Part shown: positions 1 through 12,235 of the stretch, piece by piece
Layout of the letters: every line of letters starts with the position of its first letter
Numbering within the stretch: the stretch's first letter is position 1
Origin: Octopus vulgaris
Lineage: Eukaryota
Assembly: GCA_951406725.2 (NCBI GenBank)
Contig: OX597825.1
Location: forward strand, 70,618,001-70,682,000
Reading direction: 5' to 3'
DNA: 64,000 nt
Notes under the pieces: generated by a model
The model's input: the letters and a program-made list of their open reading frames with translations, nothing else
The model's database searches: none
Told to the model about the DNA's origin: nothing
Position numbers and translations under genes: made by a program

Positions 1-180
1 TACAGACCAGCTATGAAATACAGATGCTAAATGAAATTAGTAACAAAGGGGAGCAGGCAGGGGTTGGGTGGTTAAGAAGTTGATTCACAGCCACATGGTT
101 TCAGGTTCAACAGAGATGGGTCACAAATGCCTAATGAGTGAAATTTGGTAGCCAGACGCACTGAGAAAGACAGTACTTCA

Positions 181-230
<50 letters not shown>

Positions 231-289
231 TGTGTGTGTATGTATGTATATATATACATAACACATATACATAAATACATGCATATATC

Positions 290-334
<45 letters not shown>

Positions 335-337
335 ATA

Positions 338-415
<78 letters not shown>

Positions 416-659
416 GATACATACATACATCTACACACACATAAACTTATACTCTACTGACCCCATCAGCTTAACGTAAAATTGTTTTTATTTTAACTAA
501 ACATAAAAAAAACACATTAACACGATATATATGTATGTGTATGTATCTATATTTGCATTTGTGTCTGTGCTTGTTTCCACAACCGTCTGACACCTGTGTT
601 GGTTTGTTTACGGCCTCTTAAGATAGCAATTCAGCAAAAGTGACTGATAGTATAAGTAC

Positions 660-660
<1 letters not shown>

Positions 661-690
<30 letters not shown>

Positions 691-1057
691 TAATGTCCGC
701 TTTCCATGCTAGCATGGGTTGGACGATTTGACTGAGGACTGGCAAACCAAATGGCTGCACCAGGCTCCAATCTGATCTGGCAGAGTTTCTACAGCTGGAT
801 GCCCTTCCTAACCTCCAACCACTCCGAGAGTATAGTGGGTGCTTTTACGTGCCACTGGCATGAGGGCCAGTCAGGCAGTACTGGCAACGGCCACGCTCAA
901 ATGGTCCTTTTCATGTGCCACCTGCACAGGAGCCAGTCCAGTGGCACTGGCAATGACCTCGCTCAAATGTTTTTTTCACGTGCCACCAGCACAAGTGCCA
1001 GTGAGGCGACGCTGGTAACGATCACACTCGAATGGTGCTTCTTACGTGCCATCGGCC
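661..1057 (-). mobile_element. SINE family with (ATG)n tail and internal ~60-bp minisatellite
   Basis: Shared core GCTGGATGCCCTTCCTAACGCCAACCACTC; further copies at about 1140-1502(+), 10811-11420(-), 35240-35683(+), 38290-38620(+) and others. Confidence 0.8.
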
Positions 1058-1467
1058 AGAGTATTAAAAAGAAAATAAGTACACATTTGCCAGCATCATG
1101 TAAGCGGCCCCTGGGAAATCATAGTCATGACCACTGCAGGTAGCATGGTCTTTTGACCGTTGGGCCTCACATGACAAGTGACAATGACAAGTGACCAAGA
1201 CCTTTGGCAATGGCCAAGCTGTGCTGAGAAGACTTGTCGAACCAAGTGAAATCAAAGTCATAGTTGTTGGCAGTGTCATGTAAATGGCACCTGTGCTGGT
1301 GGCACATAAAAGCACCCATTACACTCTTGGAGTGGTTGGCATTAGGAAGGGCATCCAGCTGTAGGAACCATACCAAATTAGACTGGAACTTGGTGCAGCT
1401 CCCTGGCTTACAAGTTTTCAGTCAAATTGTCTAACCCATGCCAGCATGGAAAGTGGACGTTAGACAT

Positions 1468-1501
<34 letters not shown>

Positions 1502-2003
1502 AATGGGGCCAATTTGTTCAACGAAATACTTCAAGGCGATGCCGTGGCATGGCCACAGTCCAATGACTGAAGCAAATATAAGATAAAAGATAAAATCTAA
1601 AAAAATATTTGAAATTCATGTTTGGACAGGTTCTGTGTTATAGATTAGTCATCATAAATTATGCTTCAAGGTACTTTAAGTTCAGAAAAGACAAGCATGT
1701 TAACATACCAAAGGACAACACATCATACAATATGACACAGTCTACTGCTCAAGACCTACTTTCATAGTCTCTGAAAACAAAATATGTGCCTCTGTGTGTG
1801 TGTGGGTGCATGTGTGTGGAAGCGTGCGTGTGCAAGTGTGTGTGCGTGTGCAAGTGTGTGTGTGTGTGCATGTGTGAATGTGTACTGGCAAGATTCTTGC
1901 CTGTGACAAAACTGACTCTTAACCGTATTGGAAAACTCAACACCAAGAAGGTAGGGCAATTATTTAGTTTGATGTAAATTTCATGACAACAATCAAACAT
2001 CTA

Positions 2004-2476
<473 letters not shown>

Positions 2477-3760
2477 ACATCTGTTTCACTCCTCACAAGA
2501 ATATCATTCAAACACTGTCTGTTATCATCATCATCATCATCATCATCGTTTAATGTCTGCCTTCCATACTGATATGGGTTGAAAAATTTGACAGGAGCTG
2601 AATAGGCAGAAAACTACACCATACTTCTGTGTTTGTTTGGTTTGGGTTTTACAGCTGGATGCCCTCCCTAACACCAACCACCCAGCAGAGTACACCGAGT
2701 GCTTTTTATGTGGTACAAGCACAGGTGAGGTCAGTATTGGTATAGTTTTTACAGTTGCATGCCCTCCCAAATGCCAACCACTGTACAGTGTGGACTGGGT
2801 GCTTTTTACATGGCACCAGCACTGGCAGGGTCACCAAGTAACTCTGCAAGACAAAGATCCTTTGAGAGGGAAAGGGACATTGAAGGAGGTGATCTTGTGT
2901 CAGATGATGAAAGGTTATAGTGAGACAGAGAGACAGAAACAGGTGTCTTATTGTAGCGGAGGTACATGGTCACCCAACCAGAGAGAGAGAGATACACACA
3001 CAACACACAGTTGTTGTTGTTTGTTTGCCCTTCTCGAGCCATGCCTGGCTCATAAGGGCCAGTTTTCCAGTTTCCTTGGTGTATAGGTTCCCCACTCGGA
3101 CGGGACGCCGGTCCATCACAGGTGAGCTACAAGAAGCAGGAGGAAAGAGCAAGAGAAAGTTGTGGCGAGAGAGTCAGCAGAAGTTCGCCATTACCTTCTG
3201 CCGGAGCTGCATGGAGCTTAGGTGTTTTGCTCATAAACACACACATCGCCTGGTCTGAGTCCACTGCTCTAACCACTAGGCCATGTGCCTCCACACACAA
3301 CACACAGTGGTTAAAGTGTTGTTGAACTCATGATCATGAGAGTGTGGGTTCAATTCTCAGAACAGGCAGTGTAGCAGTGTGTTGCGTTCTTGAGCAAAGA
3401 GCTTCATCTCATGATTTTGCTCTGTGTTCACTTCGACATCTTATATGTGATGCATTGTACACTTCTTCAGACAATGTAGATTTGATGGAAGGAGTGAGCT
3501 AATGTCTAATCAAACATTTGATCACTATAAACAAATCATTTGTGCTGAACAACCAAGAAATTGCAGAACTGTCTTCTCAAACTCGTGTGTATGCATGTGA
3601 GTGTGAGAAATGGAGGTGACTACCAGCATCCCCAAGTGAATTGCTTGAATAATTGTAGAAATGTTACCTACATGAAACCATTGGTTGCCTTCTTAATCCA
3701 CACATGAAAAATATTTATCCACCAATGTGGTGTTGAGCACTCATTCTCACTGTTCAATAC

Positions 3761-3795
<35 letters not shown>

Positions 3796-3873
3796 ATGTG
3801 TGTGTGTGTGTGTGTGTGTGTGTACATATGTGAAATCTTTTTGCTATAAATGAAGTCAGTAACAAATAATTAC

Positions 3874-4052
3874 CTTTTCCGAGCCAGGCATCCTCTGATA
3901 AAAGGCTGCACAAGAGTAACAGATTGTTGGACAATCAAAAACTTCTTCCGTGCTATCATCATACGAACAGCAGACTGTATAGTTATAGCAGCATCTCGTT
4001 CCAGCTTCTTGTGAGCCAGCTTTCTCTGGGCCAAGAATCGCCTTACATGACA
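3874..4052 (-). CDS. MYO9: Myosin IX exon: IQ2-IQ4 (CHVRRFLAQRKL...ITIQSAVRMMIARKKF...LVQPFIRGCLARKR)
   Basis: 179 nt, TTCTATAG acceptor, AG|GTAATT donor, phase 0/2, IQxxxRxxxxR motifs. Confidence 0.95.
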
Positions 4053-4397
4053 CTATAGAAGAAAACATCAGATTATCATAAACGGAATCATATAAGATCA
4101 AATACAAGACAAAGGGTAACCTTTCTTTTTCTAATTTTCTCTTTATGGTTCTGTCATGATAGCCACTAAAACACATCTATACACTTATATTAATTTTTGA
4201 TTAATTTTGTTTTATTCTGTAAAAGTTCCTTTCACAGGTGCAGGAGTGGCTGGGTTGTTAAGAAGCTTGCTTCACAACCATGTGGTCTTGTGTTCAGTCC
4301 CACTGCAAGGCACCTTGGGCATGTGTCTTCTATTATAGCCTCGAGATAGTCAAAGCCTTGTGAGTGTATTTGGTAGAAAGAAACTGAAGGAAGCCTG

Positions 4398-4439
<42 letters not shown>

Positions 4440-5228
4440 GAGGGGGTACCGAAAAGTTCCAGGATTTGGATAAATGAAAATACAGGAGGATCGGTTAATT
4501 ACAATTTATTTTATTCAACATATTTCCTTCTCAGATCCAAACACTTATTGCAGCAGTCCTTCAGTTTTTATAAGTCTTATAAAAGAACTCAAAAGGTTGG
4601 CCCTCCAACCAGGCATTTCGCAACACTCTTAAATCCAGAATCGTTAGCATGCCAGGGGAAATGCTTAACGGTATTTCATCTGCCACTACATTCTGAGTCG
4701 AAATTCCGCTGAGGTTGACTTTGCCTTCCATCCTTTCGGGGTTGATAAATTAAGCACCAGTCAAGTACTGGGGTCGACGTAATTGACTATACCCCTCCCC
4801 CAAAATTTCAAAGCCTTGTGCCTTCAGTAGAAAGGGTTATTAAGCTAGTGTAAGGCAGCGAACTGGCAGAATCGTTAGCATGCTGAGCAAAATGCTTAGC
4901 ACACTTCATCCATCTTTACATTCCGAGGCCAAATATCGCAAAAATTGATTTTGCCTTTCATCCTTTAGGAACCAATCAAATAGTACCAGTTATGTACTGG
5001 GGTCAATGTAATTGATTAGCCCCTCCCCAAGTTTCAGGCCTTGTGCCTGTTGTAGAAAGGACAATTAAGCTACCATTTGAAACATAAATATGGAATTTTC
5101 ATGGAAAGTTCTAATTTAGATCACTTTATAACAGGAAATTTCAATCACAGAGCTAGGGTCAATCTCAGGCAGGTTAGACTCAAAGGATTTGAAACGTTTT
5201 AATTATGATTTATCTCAGTGTTAATTAC

Positions 5229-5378
5229 CTGAATATTCAAGGCAGCAGCTCGTTGCTTGATGAAATTTTGTCGTTCCAACAAGGCTTTCATCCATCGTTG
5301 TATGGTTATCACTCGTTGCATAATTGCCCGATGTAAAGCCTCATCAAGCCGCACTTTCTCCACCTCTCGCAGAAATAC
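5229..5378 (-). CDS. MYO9: Myosin IX exon: converter end + IQ1 (VFLREVEKVRLDEALHRAIMQRVITIQRWMKALLERQNFIKQRAAALNIQ)
   Basis: 150 nt, CTCTAG acceptor, CAG|GTAATT donor, phase 0/0. Confidence 0.96.
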
Positions 5379-6218
5379 CTAGAGTAAGAAGACAATGAAA
5401 AAGACGATCAGAAATACTAACATTTTCAGCAAGAATATACACACAGACAGAAAATAACACTAAATTTCAATACAAAAAACCCAAATACATTTTTTTCAAC
5501 AGAGAAATTCTGTTATTTTTGCTGGTGATAAATGTCTGTTGGTCAAGATATGTGTAAAGGATGACAGCTATAATTTGGTATGCAGTGATTTTTACCATAC
5601 CACTTAGAGACAGCATTGCTATACTTCAAAAAAGGCTGCACGCTGTAGCCAGTGGAAAGTTCCAGGGTTTCTCCCATTGTTGTTTCCTTTAGGCTACTAT
5701 GTTCCAGCTCTTTTGTCTTTTGAAAGATGATCCTGTGATAAAACTAGTGCTGAGCTGTATCAACTACTCAACTTAGCCTTTCCTGAGGACAACATCAGTG
5801 GCATGGAAAAGAGGAAACATTTGCCTAGACCGGTACCTTAGATGAGAACATTCTAGGTGTAGCAGATACCAAGACCATCTACAACAAATAAAGAAGGACA
5901 TCATATATATATATAAATGATAAACGTCATCCTTTTCAAGCCTAGCCAGGCTCCTGGGCCCAGTTTCCCGGTTTCTGTGGCGTATGTGTTCCCCGGAACA
6001 CCATTCCATCACAGCGTTACTCAAGAAACTGGAAGAGAGAGTGAGAGAAAGTTGTGGCGAAAGAGTACAACAGGGGTCGCCATCTCCCGCTGCCAGAGTC
6101 TTGTGGAGCTTTTAGGTGTTTTCACTCAATAAACACACACAACGCCTGGTTTGGGAATCAAAACTGCAATTCTCCAACCGCGAGTTTGCTGCCCTAACCA
6201 CTGGGCCACTGCACCTCC

Positions 6219-6259
<41 letters not shown>

Positions 6260-6740
6260 TATGTATATCATCATCATCCTTTAATGTCTGTTGTCCATGC
6301 TAGCATGCGTTGGGTGGTGTGACCAGAGCTGACAAGCTGGAGGGCTGCACCAGACACTAGTCTGATTAGGCATGGTTTCTATGGTTGGATGCCCTTCCTA
6401 ATGCCAACCACTGACCAAAATGCTACGTGCTTTTAGGTGGCACTGCATGGGCACCACTTTTACATGGCACTACACAAGAGCTTTTACGTGTTGCTGGCAC
6501 CATTTTTTTAATGTCTACTTTACCATGAGTTAGAAGAAATTCATTGAGTCAGATGTAGATTTTTTTTTTTTACAGTTGGATGCCCTTCTTGTCACCAACC
6601 TCCACATGTGTCAAGCCATCAACAAAGAGGCTTCTATGCAACTCCATGATCTTCTAGAAACAGCAGCCATTTCTTCTTTAAATCATACTCTGCCATCTTC
6701 AATAAAGGAAGGAATATATGTATCTAGAACTCATTACATT

Positions 6741-7670
6741 TTAACCCTTTACCATTCAGATTATTCTGTCAAATGTAATGCTTATTTATTCCCATTATTT
6801 CAAATTAACCATGCATTATCTCAGTTCCAAGATTTCAATGATCCAATGGTTCCTTTTCAAAATGACATTGTAGAGCTAGGTGTAAGAGGTCAGATATGTC
6901 TGGTTTAATGATGAAACAAGCAAGATTTGGGGGACAGATCTAGCTGGTTTAAAAATGAAACAAGCAAGATTTTGGGGACAGATCTAGCTGGTTTAAAGAT
7001 GAAACAAGCAAGATTTTGGGGACAGATCTAGCTGGTTTAAAGATGAAACAAGCAAGATTTTGGGGACAGATCTAGCTGGTTTAAAGATGAAACAAGCAAG
7101 ATTTGGGGGACAGATCTAGCTGGTTTAAAGATGAAACAAGCAAGATTTGGGGACAGATCTAGCTGGTTTAAAGATGAAACAAGCAAGATTTTGGGGACAG
7201 ATCTAGCTGGTTTAAAGATGAAACAAGCAAGATTTTGGGGACAGATCTAGCTGGTTTAAAGATGAAACAAGCAAGATTTTGGGGACAGATCTAGCTGGTT
7301 TAAAGATGAAACAAGCAAGATTTTGGGGACAGATCTAGCTGGTTTAAAGATGAAACAAGCAAGATTTTGGGGACAGATCTAGCTGGTTTAAAGATGAAAC
7401 AAGCAAGATTTTGGGGACAGATCTAGCTGGTTTAAAGATGAAACAAGCAAGATTTTGGGGACAGATCTAGCTGGTTTAAAGATGAAACAAGCAAGATTTT
7501 GGGGACAGATCTAGCTGGTTTAAAGATGAAACAAGCAAGATTTTGGGGACAGATCTAGCTGGTTTAAAGATGAAACAAGCAAGATTTTGGGGACAGATCT
7601 AGCTGGTTTAAAGATGAAACAAGCAAGATTTTGGGGACAGATCTAGCTGGTTTAAATGCTAAAACATTAA
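6741..7670. mobile_element. TTAACCCTTT-type MITE hosting the 44-bp array
   Basis: 5' end TTAACCCTTT..CTGTCAAATGTAATGCTTAT is shared with an unexpanded copy at about 29680-29890. Confidence 0.65.
6910..7656. repeat. 44-bp tandem repeat, about 17 near-identical copies
   Basis: Unit GATGAAACAAGCAAGATTTTGGGGACAGATCTAGCTGGTTTAAA. Confidence 0.97.
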
Positions 7671-7840
7671 AACATAGACAGGATCTATTAAGTGATTCAT
7701 TCCTGCTGAAGTAGGGGCTGGTCTGGTGTTGATAGCACATCTCCATTTACCATTTCCTTCCTCAAGATAACCATGACTTATCAGTTATTGTTACAATACC
7801 AAAAAACAAAAAAACCCAAAGAGAAACTATGTTATCTCAC

Positions 7841-7963
7841 TTTAGTAATTCCAATCTGATAATTCTCTTGATTCAGATCCATGCATTCCAAGAATTTCTT
7901 TACATCTTCCTTTGAACTCAGAAGACCATTTGGAAGAATAATTTTATACTGATGAATGAATTC
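7841..7963 (-). CDS. MYO9: Myosin IX exon: converter (EFIHQYKIILPNGLLSSKEDVKKFLECMDLNQENYQIGITK)
   Basis: 123 nt, TTTCCAG acceptor, GTGAGA donor, phase 0/0, YQIG.TK motif. Confidence 0.96.
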
Positions 7964-8277
7964 CTGGAAAGAAACAAACAAACAAATAGAAAAACAGTTA
8001 AATGGAACATTGTCTTTTTTAAATCAGTGAAATAAGAACAACCAATACTGTTATTATTTTTATTAAGGTGGCGAGCTGGCAGAATCATTAGCACAATAGG
8101 CAAAATGCTTAGTGGTATTTTCTGTGTTAAAAACATTCTGGGTTCAAATTCTGCTGAGGTCAACGTTCTCTTTCATCATGTAGGGTTGATAAAATAAGTA
8201 CCAGTTCAACACTGGGGTCGATGTAATCAACTTGTCTACCCTCCAACAAAATTGTGCCAAAATTATTATTATTATCA

Positions 8278-8835
8278 TTGAGGGAGAGAGCAGTGCATGC
8301 TATCAAAGTGACACTGGGGTAAAATATACGAAGCCCAGTATACCCATCATGATTACCCGTCTGATAAGGGTACACCAGGCACATGCACCACAACCATATG
8401 TGCACGACATGGTGATCTCATATCATGATAAACAGCACATGACCTTGCGGGTAGGGCCCAGTTAGAACTTTCATCAGGTTGAGTAGCCCATCCTGCTCAA
8501 AAGATCCCTGAATAAGGGTTATTTAAGGAGGATGAATGAAACACCCATGTTTCCAAAGGTGGATTATCTAAACCCCAAAGAATCCCTCTCAACACATGGC
8601 TATGATGCTCCCCCACTACTTCTGCTCATGATCAGAGATGCACATATCATCAGCCACCAAGGGACATGCGCAACTGGTTAAGGTCAAACAACTGACAAAC
8701 AAATCTGTGGTATTGAGCAGAATATTTGCTGTAGCCCATCTTTTATGCCAAGACAAAACAATGTACATGATAACACTTCCAATCAGTTAAGATCAGAAGC
8801 CACGAGAGCCACTGCCTGGTATTGCATCAGAGCAT
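8278..8835 (+). repeat. About 555-bp interspersed repeat flanked by (AAT)n
   Basis: Well-conserved copies in the opposite orientation at about 24270-24770, 24795-25053 (partial) and 61650-62200. Confidence 0.85.
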
Positions 8836-8859
8836 AATCATTATTATTATTAATATTAA

Positions 8860-8895
<36 letters not shown>

Positions 8896-9078
8896 TAATG
8901 TGGCCAGCTGGGCAAAATGCCTAACAACATTTCGTTCATCCTTATGTTTTGAGTTCAAATTCCACCAAGTCGGCTTTGCCTTTCATCTTTTTGGGGTTAT
9001 TTAATTAAGAACCAGCTGAACAGCTCACCTGGTAATGAGGGAGAGGATCAAGAGGAGGAAGAGGAGAATAAGACTTAC

Positions 9079-9189
9079 ATCAAATGTGAGTCGGTAGTTG
9101 TATCCAGATTGTCTAATCTTCACGGTAGCCAACATGCCTGTGTAGTGGAGCTGACGTAGAACTAGGTCATCATCAAACTGACAAGGAGC
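9079..9189 (-). CDS. MYO9: Myosin IX exon: SH2-SH1 helix region ([37 protein letters not shown])
   Basis: 111 nt, TTCCTCAG acceptor, GTAAGT donor, phase 0/0. Confidence 0.97.
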
Positions 9190-9251
9190 CTGAGGAATGG
9201 AAGGACAAGAGAAATCAGCAACAGGAATGGAACAAATGATAAATTAACAAC

Positions 9252-9438
9252 ACCACCATCATTCATCATCATCATCACCATCACCACCATCATCATCATC
9301 ACAACCTATCATCATCATCATCAACATCACTATGCTCACCACCATCACCACCATCATTACCATCACAACCTATCATCATCATCATCATCACCATCACTAT
9401 GCTCACCACCATCACCACCATCATCACCATCACAACCT

Positions 9439-9472
<34 letters not shown>

Positions 9473-9755
9473 CCATAACTATGCTCATCACCATCACCAC
9501 CATCATCATCATCATCACAACCTATCATCATCATCATCATCATCATCATCACCATCATTATGCTCACCACAATCACCAGCATCATTACCATCAGCATCAT
9601 CATCACTACCTTTGCAACTATCAACATCAGCAGCACTATCACCATCATCATTACACCCATCACTACTTTTATCATCATCGTCATCATCATCATCATCACA
9701 GCCATCACTATCTTTATCGTTATCAACATCATTATCATCCTCACTGCCACTACTG
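9252..9755. repeat. (CAT/CAC)n compound trinucleotide array with higher-order unit
   Basis: Recurrent CATCACAACCTATCATC...CACTATGCTCACCAC; fills most of the 9190-9832 intron. Confidence 0.9.
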
Positions 9756-9832
9756 TTAAAATCCGTAAAGGGACGGCCAATGTTAGAAGTACAAAAAATA
9801 AATAATTAAAATATATATAAATAGCCACGTAC

Positions 9833-9913
9833 CTTTTCAGAATTAGACTTGATACAACGTACAAAGAATGGGTTGCCTTGACTTAGAGTTTCCATCAGCC
9901 TGGAGAGGGACCA
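9833..9913 (-). CDS. MYO9: Myosin IX exon (WSLSRLMETLSQGNPFFVRCIKSNSEK)
   Basis: 81 nt, CCTGCAG acceptor, AAG|GTACGT donor, conserved P.FVRCIK.N. Confidence 0.97.
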
Positions 9914-10190
9914 CTGCAGGAGAAAGTAGAAAGATATACATATATATATATATATTATAAATAGATGAGTGTATTTTTACCTTGTTAACAATTAACACGG
10001 AAAAAATAAATAAATAGTTACCAGGGTAGCAAAAATCTCACAAGTAAAGATGTTGTAACTCCTTGTTTATAAAGGTAGAAACTTTGTGTTTATGTGGAAT
10101 ATTTTGAATAATATATGAATAAAAAAAATGGAGTTTAACGCAGGTGTAAATTTTTGCTAAAATGTCTTATTGACGAGTTTCATTTTTTTC

Positions 10191-10276
10191 ACTTTCCTGA
10201 AGAGAAGATTGCATTGTTTATACCATTTATTCCTTTGAATAGTATCAGTGGAATTTTCGAAACATGTGTCGAAAGT
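10191..10276 (+). ncRNA. Type I hammerhead ribozyme motif
   Basis: Stem I ACTTTC(10191-96)/GAAAGT(10271-76); core CTGAAGA(10197-203); stem II GAAGATT/AATTTTC extended by CATTG/CAGTG; GAAA(10259-62); short palindromic stem III (ACATGT); GTC cleavage triplet (10268-70). Confidence 0.8.
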
Positions 10277-10322
10277 AAAAATATTTGATTTACACCTGCG
10301 TTAAACTCCATTTTTTTTTATT

Positions 10323-10391
<69 letters not shown>

Positions 10392-11779
10392 TTATACACA
10401 CTCTAAGGAGAAGTGTTCTCAGACATTTTTGTCAGGATTCTATTAGTTGCCCTTCTCTTATTGGTTTCAGTCAATGGACTGCAGCCATACTGGGGCACCC
10501 TACTTCAAGTGTTTTAGTAAATTCTATTGAACCCAACACTCAATCTGGTGAGATTTTTTTGTTTGTTTGTTTTAATAAGAAATGGAAAAGCAAGGAGACT
10601 TTGGCATCAAGGGAGATAACTACGTCACTAATCAGTACAGAATGCTTTTTTTCTTTTTTTTTTTACACATCAACTCCCTTCATCCTGCACTGGCGCACGC
10701 AGGCACACACACCAATCAGGTGTCTGCAGCTTCTATCCACCAAATTTCACTCAACATTTTTATTTGATCTTAGGTGATGGGTCTAAGGTGTTATGCAGCA
10801 CTATAACACATCATCATCATCATCATCATCGTTTAATGTCCGCTTTCCATGCTAGCATGGGTTGGACGATTTGACTGAGGTCTGGCGAACCAGATAGCTG
10901 CACCAAGCTCCAATCTGATCTGGCAAAGTTTCTACAGCTGGATGCCCTTCCTAACGCCAACCACTCTGAGAGTATAGTGGGTGCTTTTACGTGCCACCAG
11001 CACAAGGGCCAGTCAGGCAGTACTGGCAACGGCCACACTCAAATGGTGCTTTTTATGTGACACCTGCACAGGAGCCAGTCCAATGGCACTGGCAACGACG
11101 TTGCTCAAATTTTTTTCACGTGCCACCAGCACAAGTGCCAGTAAGGTGGTGCAGGTAACGATCACGCTTGAATGGTGCTTTTTATGTGCCACCTGCACAG
11201 GAGCCAGTCCAGCGGCACTGGCAATGACCTTGCTTGAATGTTTTTTCACATGTCACCAGCACAAGTGCCAGTAAGGTGATGCAGGTAATGATCATGCTCA
11301 AATGGCTTTTTATGTACCACTGGCACGGAAGCCAGTTTGTTGCTCGGATGGTACTCTTAGTGCTCCACAAGCAGAGATGCCAGTCATCGAATTTGATTTC
11401 AATTTCACTTGCCTCAACAGGAACTCTAACTCTTATAACACATCTACTGTATTTTCCAGAATCAAAGTTGAATTTTTGGATCAAAATTCACAGCTAAAAA
11501 AATGGCAGGTCGACTTTAGAAGACCAAAAACTCCATCTGAAATGCTGCAAAATTTGGAAATATAGTGACAACGTTTGAATGTTTGCACTACATGTTTACA
11601 TTACATGTTTATACTATATACTAAATTGAGTTGTATATCAGAATATACAGCACACCTGTATTCATTCATACCTTTAAAATATACTGCAATCTGTAGAAAA
11701 GCATTCTTAGCAGCATTTCAACAGAGGTTTTATAAAACATAAAACAACAGGTGATATTAATTAATTGGTGATTTCATAC

Positions 11780-11887
11780 CTGAAATTGAGCACTGACACT
11801 TGGGGGTTGCTTTTTGAAAGGAAACCTTCCACCTCCAATCATAGTACGTGTTGCAATCGTCTTCAACGTCCGGACATCTCTGTAGCT
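11780..11887 (-). CDS. MYO9: Myosin IX exon: end of loop 2 (SYRDVRTLKTIATRTMIGGGRFPFKKQPPSVSAQFQ)
   Basis: 108 nt, TCTTCAG acceptor, CAG|GTATGA donor, phase 0/0. Confidence 0.95.
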
Positions 11888-12200
11888 CTGAAGATAAAAT
11901 AACAGGGAAAGATGATCAACAAAAGAAACTTTAACAGTCACAATATCATTGCAGTGTAAGAACTCCTGTTAATATTAGTAAGGAAAAAGATTTAAAGGAG
12001 TTTTTTCCTTTGACTGGTTTCAGTCATTTGACTGCGGCCATGCAGGAGCACAACCTTGAAGGATTTTAGTCGAACAAATTTACCCCCAGGCCTTATTTCT
12101 TAAGCCTAGGACTTGTCTCTTTTTGCCAAACCGCTAAGTTATGAGGATGTAAACACACCAACATCAGTTGTGAAGAGGTGGTGGGGAAGAAACACAGATA

Positions 12201-12235
<35 letters not shown>

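Noticed and set aside
1760-1770. Possible 11-nt microexon (TTTTCAG|AGACTATGAAA|GTAGGT) after the IQ exon
   Set aside because: The phase fits, but it is too short to distinguish from chance and the downstream exon is outside the window
6910-7656. CRISPR-like appearance of the regular array
   Set aside because: Units are contiguous with no unique spacers, there are no cas genes, and the context is eukaryotic
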